A stretch of 64,000 nucleotides of DNA, taken from contig JAEPNP010000002.1 of NCBI GenBank assembly GCA_017643395.1, positions 38,290-102,289 of the forward strand, given 5' to 3'. The translations under genes were made by a program, and so were the position numbers. The notes below the pieces were generated by a model. It saw only the letters and a list, made by a program, of their open reading frames with translations. It did no database searches and was not told the origin of the DNA. Origin of the DNA: Rhodothermales bacterium. GTDB taxonomy: Bacteria > Bacteroidota > Rhodothermia > Rhodothermales > UBA10348. How positions within the stretch are numbered: position 1 is the stretch's first letter; each line of letters begins with the position of its first letter. Positions 57,845 to 64,000 of this stretch are shown piece by piece.

Positions 57845-58438
57845 ATGTTTCTCCGCTTCCACGTCCCCGTGATCCTGGCTTCCGGCAGCCCGCGCCGGAA
57901 GGCGCTGCTGGAGCGACTAGGCGTGCCGTTGACCGTGATTCCCAGCGGTGCTCCGGAGCACATCCTGCCCGGGGAGTCTCCTTCCTCCATGGTGGCGCGG
58001 CTGGCGCTGGACAAGGTGCGTGAAGTGGCCTCTTCGCACCCTGAAAGCCTGGTGATCGGTGCCGACACCGTAGTGGTTCTGGGCGATGAGGTCCTGGGCA
58101 AGCCAAGCGATCCTGCCGAGGCCCGGGCCATGTTGCGGCGCCTGTCGGGCTGCACGCATGCCGTCTATACGGGCATCGCCGCGTCGTTTGAGGACAGGGA
58201 GTCGGCCGACTACACGCGCACGGCCGTAACCTTCGGCGAACTGAGCGATGCCGAGATCGCCCGCTATGTGGACGGCGGGTCTCCGATGGACAAGGCCGGT
58301 GCCTACGGCATTCAGGACGACGCCGGTTCCCTCTTCGTTGAGCGCATCGACGGCGACTACTACAATGTGGTCGGCCTCCCGCTTCGTAGTCTGTACAGAC
58401 TTCTTGCATCCAAATTCTCGGATCTGCTTGTTTCGTAG
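57845..58438 (+). CDS. maf: Maf-family nucleoside-triphosphate pyrophosphatase
   Basis: 197 aa with ILASGSPRRKALLERLG, GADTVV, KAGAYGIQD and NVVGLP. Confidence 0.9.
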   Translation: MFLRFHVPVILASGSPRRKALLERLGVPLTVIPSGAPEHILPGESPSSMVARLALDKVREVASSHPESLVIGADTVVVLGDEVLGKPSDPAEARAMLRRLSGCTHAVYTGIAASFEDRESADYTRTAVTFGELSDAEIARYVDGGSPMDKAGAYGIQDDAGSLFVERIDGDYYNVVGLPLRSLYRLLASKFSDLLVS

Positions 58439-58453
58439 CAGGTTTGCGCGTCC

Positions 58454-59215
58454 ATGTCCGTCACCCAGTCCAACTCACGCATCCTCCTGCTTCAGGCCCG
58501 TGCCGAGCCGGAGATGGAACTCCAGGAGCAGGAATGCTTCGTGGAGCGCTGTCGTATCCGCCCGGAGCAGCTCATTTCCGTCAATGTGGTGCGCGACAAC
58601 CTCCACCCGGGCCTGCTTGATGACGTACAGGCCTTCATGATCGGAGGGGCGGGCGCGTTTTCTGCGTGCAACGAATACCCCTGGATGGAGCACGCCCTGA
58701 ACCTGATTCGTGCGGCCGCCGAGCGCGGCATGCCCACGTTTGGATCCTGCTGGGGTCACCAGATGATTGCTCGGGCGATGGGCGGACGAGTCGAACACGA
58801 CGGCAGCAAGGCGGAGATGGGGTGCCACCACATCACGCTGACCGAAGCCGGCAGAAAGGACCCGCTGTTTCGGGGCTTTCCGGAGTCGTTCCTGGCCAAC
58901 ATGGGTCACCATGACCGTGTCACGAAGCTGCCGCCCGGCGCCATCGAACTGGCCGACAACGCCTCACAGCCGAATCAGGCGTTCAGACTGGCGCATCTCC
59001 CCGTGTACGGCACGCAGTTCCACAGTGAACTGGACGCCAAACGCGAGCGCGAACGGCTGCTGGCGTATCGCGAGCATTATCTGGAAGACCTGCCGTCCGA
59101 GGAGGCCTTTCAGGAAGCAGTGGACAGCCTTCGGGAAACCACCGAGGTGGATCACCTCCTGTATGACTTCCTCAAGCTCTACGTGGCCGGATTCGCGGCC
59201 TCGCCTGCTCAGTAG
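58454..59215 (+). CDS. Class-I glutamine amidotransferase-like protein
   Basis: 253 aa. PTFGSCWGHQMIA carries the catalytic Cys, and GTQFHSE carries the His/Glu motif. Confidence 0.85.
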   Translation: MSVTQSNSRILLLQARAEPEMELQEQECFVERCRIRPEQLISVNVVRDNLHPGLLDDVQAFMIGGAGAFSACNEYPWMEHALNLIRAAAERGMPTFGSCWGHQMIARAMGGRVEHDGSKAEMGCHHITLTEAGRKDPLFRGFPESFLANMGHHDRVTKLPPGAIELADNASQPNQAFRLAHLPVYGTQFHSELDAKRERERLLAYREHYLEDLPSEEAFQEAVDSLRETTEVDHLLYDFLKLYVAGFAASPAQ

Positions 59216-60195
59216 ACGTTCAACAGGACCTCGTTCACCGGTCTGCGCAGGGTGATCACCCTCGATTCCGGCAGCCCGACGCGAAGCACTACCTGAGCCT
59301 TGAGCCCATCCTTGATGAGAGCGTTGACGCGCTTGCGATAGCGCCCCAGCTCCAGGGGTTCGTTGTGGAAGGTCGCGGCCAACCCCTCTCCCGCTGCTGC
59401 CAGGAGCAGCTGCGCAAGAACCTGCCCCGTCTCCAACCATGAGGCGTGGGAGTCGGATCGCGACGCGAGCACGAACACAGCCGGGCCGCCGTCGGCGAAT
59501 TCCCGCACAAACTGAGGCTCCGGTCCTGTCTCGCGCAGGTAGTGCTGCCGACCCACCGGAAGGCCGTCGCGACTGTGTTTTCTGTCTGGATGCTGCCATG
59601 CTGCGCGCTCCCGCTGATACCTCCGGTCCTTCTCCCTGGCGCGCCGCGCATCGTACACCACTTCAGCCAGCCGCTGTCGCTGCATGCCGTCGTCAATCAG
59701 AATGGGCTGAACATGCGGGTTGTCCAGGCGGCTCAGCGTGTTTAGCAGTGTACCCTGCGCCGGAATGTGCGCAGCGAGCGCCGACCCCTGCGCATGCCGG
59801 TGTTTCATGGCTTCGAATTCCCGAACGATGGCCTGGGCGGGGTCTTCAGGCAGGCCCGCTCTGACCACCGCCAGAAGGTCGGGCCGACTCAGGTCTGGAA
59901 ATGTCTGGACGGCGGGCTGCCGACCGAATCGCCGCATCGCCAGCTTGAGGTGGTACAGCGCAGCGCCGCAGGAAATCACGAGCTGCCGATCATCCGGATC
60001 AGCGACGGAGAGCCCGCGGCGTCGATCAGCAAAGATCTGGATGGTGTCCCCGTTGACCGTAAACAACCAGGGCTGCGTGTTCAGGGTCGAGGGCGCCATC
60101 ACGGCGTAGTTCAGCAGAAAGCGGCCACGCGCCTCCGGATCGTGCAGCGTCCAGAAGTCTTCCTCGCGCGTCTTCCACGGATCATGTCTGTTCAT
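59209..60195 (-). CDS. Acg-type tandem nitroreductase-fold protein
   Basis: 328 aa. APSTLNTQPWLFTV is the nitroreductase N-terminal motif. Length and two-lobed organisation resemble the Acg (Rv2032) family. Confidence 0.65.
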   Translation of the reverse strand: MNRHDPWKTREEDFWTLHDPEARGRFLLNYAVMAPSTLNTQPWLFTVNGDTIQIFADRRRGLSVADPDDRQLVISCGAALYHLKLAMRRFGRQPAVQTFPDLSRPDLLAVVRAGLPEDPAQAIVREFEAMKHRHAQGSALAAHIPAQGTLLNTLSRLDNPHVQPILIDDGMQRQRLAEVVYDARRAREKDRRYQRERAAWQHPDRKHSRDGLPVGRQHYLRETGPEPQFVREFADGGPAVFVLASRSDSHASWLETGQVLAQLLLAAAGEGLAATFHNEPLELGRYRKRVNALIKDGLKAQVVLRVGLPESRVITLRRPVNEVLLNVY

Positions 60196-61028
60196 CAGTC
60201 CGGCCGTTCAGTGCCCCGACTCTCAAGTCGGAATCGAATTGGAATTGCCATACTGACCCGCACGGGCTTGCCTCGTTGTTTGCCGGGCACAAAGCGCAGT
60301 TGCGCCACGGCTTCCATCGCAGCCTTGTCCAGGACTTCCGAGGCGGAGCGGGCCACCGTCAGGTTGCTCGGCGTGCCGTCGGGCTCCACGACAAACTGGA
60401 TGATGGAAAGCCCCTCCACGCTGGCCTGACGGGCAATGTCCGGGTATTCAAGGTGCTCGTAGACTTTGGCGGCGCCACCGATGATCTGCGGCATCTCCTC
60501 CACGACGACGAAGATCTCGGGTTCGACCTCTTCGGCGACTTCCGCTGCTGGCGGCGCAGGAGGCGGAGGCAGGACCAGGGCCGGCGCGTCCAGATCCAGG
60601 CTGACGTCCATATCGAGGACCTCATCATCCAGAATCACATCGTTCGGCACTTCAACCGGTACCGGCGGACGTGGCGGTGGAGGAGGACGCTCGACCTGCT
60701 GTGTCTGCTGGATTTCTTCCATCTGCACGACTTCCTGCTGGGCGAGCGTATAGTCCAGCGCTTCCGTCTCCTGGCCGATGGGTGCCCGAATCAGGCCAAT
60801 CGTGACCAGGATCGCCGCAATCAGTGCCAGTTGGAACGTGATGCGGTAGTTCTTGCTCAGGTTGACCTTGTCGCTGCGGGTAATCTTGCGCCGACCGCGC
60901 ACCCGCGGCAGAGCCGCGGGTCCACGTTGGGTGTGCTCAGACGGTGTCCGCTCGGACCGTGCACGAGGTTCGCGCCGGTCCATCGAGCGACGCGGCGGCG
61001 GCTCCGTCTTGTAGGATGCGGTGTTCAC
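60195..61028 (-). CDS. tonB: TonB-family energy transducer
   Basis: 277 aa with a TM anchor (FQLALIAAILVTIGLI), a Pro-rich spacer (PPPPPRPPVPVEVP, PPPPAPP) and a TonB C-terminal domain (YPDIARQASVEGLSIIQFVVEPDGT...AVAQLRFVPGKQRGKPV). Confidence 0.9.
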   Translation of the reverse strand: MNTASYKTEPPPRRSMDRREPRARSERTPSEHTQRGPAALPRVRGRRKITRSDKVNLSKNYRITFQLALIAAILVTIGLIRAPIGQETEALDYTLAQQEVVQMEEIQQTQQVERPPPPPRPPVPVEVPNDVILDDEVLDMDVSLDLDAPALVLPPPPAPPAAEVAEEVEPEIFVVVEEMPQIIGGAAKVYEHLEYPDIARQASVEGLSIIQFVVEPDGTPSNLTVARSASEVLDKAAMEAVAQLRFVPGKQRGKPVRVSMAIPIRFRLESRGTERPD

Positions 61029-61029
61029 C

Positions 61030-61968
61030 TTACACCTCCGCGAGTTCGTGGCTGGTTAACGAGGCGATTTCCGGGAGCGGCATCGTGCGGATTGTCAGGA
61101 CCGGGCACGTCGCCGTGCGCACCACGCGTTCGGCCTCGCTGCCCATCAATACGTGACCGAGGCCAGTCAGGCCGTGGGTGGCCATCACGATCATGCCGTC
61201 GCCGTTTTCGTGGGCACTCTCCACGATTTCTGCGGCCGGATGTCCGACCCGCACCTCGAATACCACGGGCACCGCCGGTCCGTGTGCTTTCGAGTAGGCC
61301 TTGCGCAGGTGCTCGAGCGCGCGCTCTTCCACATCGGGCTGCAGGTCGTAGATGGAGTAGGCGCCCGCGTTGTAAAACGCCGGGTGCACGACCTCCTCGA
61401 CCACATGCATGACGCGCAGCCGCGCTCCCGTTGCTGCGGCCAGCTGCCGGGCCGTCGGAATGACCTCGAGCGAGCGGGACGAGAAGTCCAGCGGCAACAG
61501 AATCTCGGCGTTCGGGCCTGGCGTGAGCACATCGACCGTATCCCGCTGGTGCACGGTCAGTACGGGGCATGGAGCCGTGCGTACAGCTTCCTCGGCCACC
61601 GAGCCCAACATCAGTCGACGCAGGCCACGTCTGCCGTGGGTGCCGACTACCATCAAATCGATGTCATTCGCCTCCGCGTATCGCACCAGGGCGGGTGCGG
61701 CGGACACATCCCGCAAGGTGTCGTACTCGAGATCGATATCGCCTACCTGCTTGAAGCGGTCGGCAACCGAGCTGCGGACTGCATCCCGGATGCGATCCTG
61801 GTGCTCCTTGGCCAGGGTTGGCGTGAAGGGCTCGTCGTGCAGCAATTGCACGTAAACCACGTGGAGCTTGGCTCCGGTCGCTGCTGCCATCCGAATGGCG
61901 GCCTCCAGGGCATGCCTGGAGCAATCCGAGAAATCCTGCGCAGCAAGAATGTTTTTGATGCGGATCAT
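61030..61968 (-). CDS. Universal stress protein with two tandem UspA domains
   Basis: 312 aa. The two halves each end in the motif series ...DLMVVGTHGRRGLRRLMLGSVAEEAVRTAPCPVLTV and ...MIVMATHGLTGLGHVLMGSEAERVVRTATCPVLTI. Confidence 0.9.
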   Translation of the reverse strand: MIRIKNILAAQDFSDCSRHALEAAIRMAAATGAKLHVVYVQLLHDEPFTPTLAKEHQDRIRDAVRSSVADRFKQVGDIDLEYDTLRDVSAAPALVRYAEANDIDLMVVGTHGRRGLRRLMLGSVAEEAVRTAPCPVLTVHQRDTVDVLTPGPNAEILLPLDFSSRSLEVIPTARQLAAATGARLRVMHVVEEVVHPAFYNAGAYSIYDLQPDVEERALEHLRKAYSKAHGPAVPVVFEVRVGHPAAEIVESAHENGDGMIVMATHGLTGLGHVLMGSEAERVVRTATCPVLTIRTMPLPEIASLTSHELAEV

Positions 61969-62107
61969 GTGAACGACTCCCCGCCTGCTGGCGGATCTGG
62001 TGTTCTACATGATGGTATCGACCCCGGACGAGGGTCTCGGAGAGGGGTGGGCCCCGGTAGAATGTGGGGGCGGCGAACGGGATGGTGCGGGGAAATCCCC
62101 TACAGGG

Positions 62108-62260
62108 CTTCCGGCGGCGGCGGGGCGGGGCTACCCGGCAGCGGTGCCCGGAGGCGGCGGAGCGGGGCTACCCGGCAGCTGCGGTGCCCGGCGGAGGCGG
62201 AGCGGGGCTACCCGGCGCCCTGTGCCCAACGGCGGCGGGACGGGGCTACCCGGCGCCTTC
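62108..62260. repeat. Tandem repeat, 4 units of 37-40 bp with core GGGGCTACCCGGC
   Basis: The cores lie at 62127, 62164, 62204 and 62242, for example CGGAGGCGGCGGAGCGGGGCTACCCGGCAGCTGCGGTGCC. The last unit supplies the stop codon (CTA at 62246-62248 on the + strand) and the final EGAG residues of the response regulator. Confidence 0.85.
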
Positions 62261-62896
62261 CCCCTCCACCCAGTTCACGGCGTGCTGCATGAACTCGGCG
62301 GCGTTGCGCAGATTCAGCTTGTTCTTGATCCGGGCCCGATAGGACTCGACGGTCTTGACCGAGAGGTGCAGTTTTTCGGCGATGTCCCGGGTGGCGTGTC
62401 CTTTTCCGGTCATCTCGAAAACCTCCAGCTCACGATCGCTGAGCACCTCGAGGGGCGACTTGGCGAGCGGGTCGTGACCCTGCGCCATGCCCATCAGCAA
62501 GCGGTCGTTGATCTCCTCAGACACGTAGATGCCGCCGCGCAGCACACGCCGCACCGCTTTGACGATGACATCGGCCGCCTCCAGCTTCATCACGTAGCCG
62601 CGGGCCCCGGCACGGATTGCGCGCTCGGCATACAGCGCCTCGTCGTGCCGGGAGGCCACGAGGATCGGCAGGCCGGGTTTTGCAGCCTGGATGTGTTTGA
62701 TCAGCTCAAGGCCCGACATTCCGGGGAGAGAGACGTCCACCACACAAAGATCTACTTCCTGCTCCCCGAGCGCGTCCAGGGCTGCCTGGGCGTCTGCGCA
62801 CTGAGCCACGACGCGCAGGTCACCCTCGGCCTCCAGGGACATGGCCAGGCCCTTGCGCATCAGCGGATGGTCATCGACGATGAGGATGCGGGTCAT
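62246..62896 (-). CDS. NarL/FixJ-family response regulator (receiver plus LuxR-type HTH)
   Basis: 216 aa with MTRILIVDDHPLMRKGL, DVSLPGMSG and the C-terminal LSDRELEVFEMTGKGHATRDIAEKLHLSVKTVESYRARI. Confidence 0.95.
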   Translation of the reverse strand: MTRILIVDDHPLMRKGLAMSLEAEGDLRVVAQCADAQAALDALGEQEVDLCVVDVSLPGMSGLELIKHIQAAKPGLPILVASRHDEALYAERAIRAGARGYVMKLEAADVIVKAVRRVLRGGIYVSEEINDRLLMGMAQGHDPLAKSPLEVLSDRELEVFEMTGKGHATRDIAEKLHLSVKTVESYRARIKNKLNLRNAAEFMQHAVNWVEGEGAG

Positions 62897-64000
62897 GCCT
62901 GCACGGATTCAGCAAACGGAATGTCACAAGATACCAGTGTGCCGCCTTCGTCAAGTGATCGGATCGACAACTGGCCGCCGAGCACACCGGCCCGGTAGTG
63001 CATGATGCGCACACCCATGCCTCCCTTGTCTGCCGCCGATTCCTGGAATCCCACGCCGTCGTCCTGCACCCGCAGGTGCAGCATGCCGTGCGATGCCGAA
63101 AGGCGCACGGTGACGTGCTCCGCGAGACCGTGCTTGAAGGCATTCGACACGGCCTCCTGCGCGATGCGGTAGACGTTGACCGCGTCCGTTGCATCCGGCA
63201 CGGGCACATCGCCTTCCCGAGTGTATTCGCACGTGCCTCCGAACAGGAGGCGGGCCTGGGACGCAAGTCGATCCAGAGCGGCAGAGAGCCCGTTGCGGTC
63301 CAGTTCAACCGGAACGAGGCCCTGCGCAAGAGCTCGGGCCTGTTCGTCTGCTTCGCGCACCAGGTCAGCTATTTCCTGAACGTCTACGGACGCGTTGTGC
63401 CCGTCCGAAGCCAGATTCCGGGCGATGTTTCTGGCGATCAGACCGATGCCCGTGAGCATCTGGCCCAGCCCATCGTGCAGATCATGCCCGATGCGCCGTC
63501 TCTCCTCCTCGCTGACCTTGAGCACCTCATTCTCCAGCCGGCGTCGCTCCGAAATATCGCGCACTACGCCGGTGAAGATGCTCTTGCCGTCGATGCGCGC
63601 CTCGGAAACCGCCAGATCCAGCGGAAACAAACTGCCGTCTTTTCTCCGGCCGACCACCTCCCGGCCGATTCCGATAATCCGGGCCTCACCCGTTGACAGA
63701 TACCTGGAGAGATACTGGTCGTGGCGGCTGCGGTCCGGCTCCGGCATCAGCATGGACACGTTTCGTCCGACGATCTCCTCCGACGCGTAGCCGAAGATTC
63801 CAGTGACAGCTTTGTTTACTGACTGCACCTGTCCGCGCTCGTCGATCACCAGAATGCCGTCCACGGTGTTGTCCAGGATGGACTCCAGGCGAAGGTGCCG
63901 CTGTACCCGCTGGGTCAGCCGGGTCGCGAAGAAGGGGCATCGGCCGGCAAAAGCCTGCGTGGAGGTCGCAATGTCATCCAGGCCCGTGTCGATGAGGCGA
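62893..64000 (-). CDS. PAS-domain sensor histidine kinase (HisKA_3/NarX-DevS type); N-terminus extends beyond the right window edge
   Basis: The PAS region is LESILDNTVDGILVIDERGQVQSVN, the H-box is RRIGHDLHDGLGQ, and the ATPase motifs are AVSNAFKHG, QDDGVGF and GMGVRIM. Manual translation shows the frame stays open from the track start (GTG 63864) to base 64000 (...RLIDTGLDDIATSTQAFAGRCPFFATRLTQRVQRHLRLESILDNT). There is a 4-nt overlap with the regulator gene. Confidence 0.9.
   Translation of the reverse strand, partial: RLIDTGLDDIATSTQAFAGRCPFFATRLTQRVQRHLRLESILDNTVDGILVIDERGQVQSVNKAVTGIFGYASEEIVGRNVSMLMPEPDRSRHDQYLSRYLSTGEARIIGIGREVVGRRKDGSLFPLDLAVSEARIDGKSIFTGVVRDISERRRLENEVLKVSEEERRRIGHDLHDGLGQMLTGIGLIARNIARNLASDGHNASVDVQEIADLVREADEQARALAQGLVPVELDRNGLSAALDRLASQARLLFGGTCEYTREGDVPVPDATDAVNVYRIAQEAVSNAFKHGLAEHVTVRLSASHGMLHLRVQDDGVGFQESAADKGGMGVRIMHYRAGVLGGQLSIRSLDEGGTLVSCDIPFAESVQA

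Overview
This is a 64-kb high-G+C bacterial chromosomal window. Gene content points to a T9SS-bearing member of the Bacteroidota/Rhodothermota (FCB) lineage: type-A T9SS C-terminal sorting tails, DUF4835/PorD, TonB, an M56 BlaR1-like/BlaI pair and a bacterial GGGP synthase. I can support 41 protein-coding genes (two cut by the window edges), one tRNA-Ser(CGA), four hairpin terminators and six repeat arrays. The left 14 kb holds three tandem giant paralogous surface proteins. The first is a 4.1-kb ORF that is missing from the supplied track because it runs off the window edge. Their domain order is Calx-beta / DUF11-like / GEVED / RTX-like / BNR propeller / T9SS tail, and all three share a conserved upstream element. 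Next come an outer-membrane-type cluster with DUF4835 (PorD), a BlaI-family repressor coupled to an M56 sensor-protease whose sensor domain is replaced by about 15 HEAT repeats, and a 947-aa HExxH/TolB-propeller/beta-barrel protein. The middle is mostly housekeeping: alaS, polA, pepF, rfbBAC-like genes and peptidases. The right end carries a PAS histidine kinase, a NarL-type regulator, a tandem USP, TonB and an Acg-type nitroreductase, which resembles a DosR-type dormancy module. Five intergenic tandem-repeat arrays lie downstream of at least one flanking gene (four between a stop codon and the next feature, one spanning a stop codon), several built from G/C-cored hairpins. I recognised no CRISPR array, cas genes, transposases, integrases or phage genes. 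Many long ORFs in the track are antisense shadows typical of high-G+C DNA. All family calls come from motif recognition by eye, and no database search was run.
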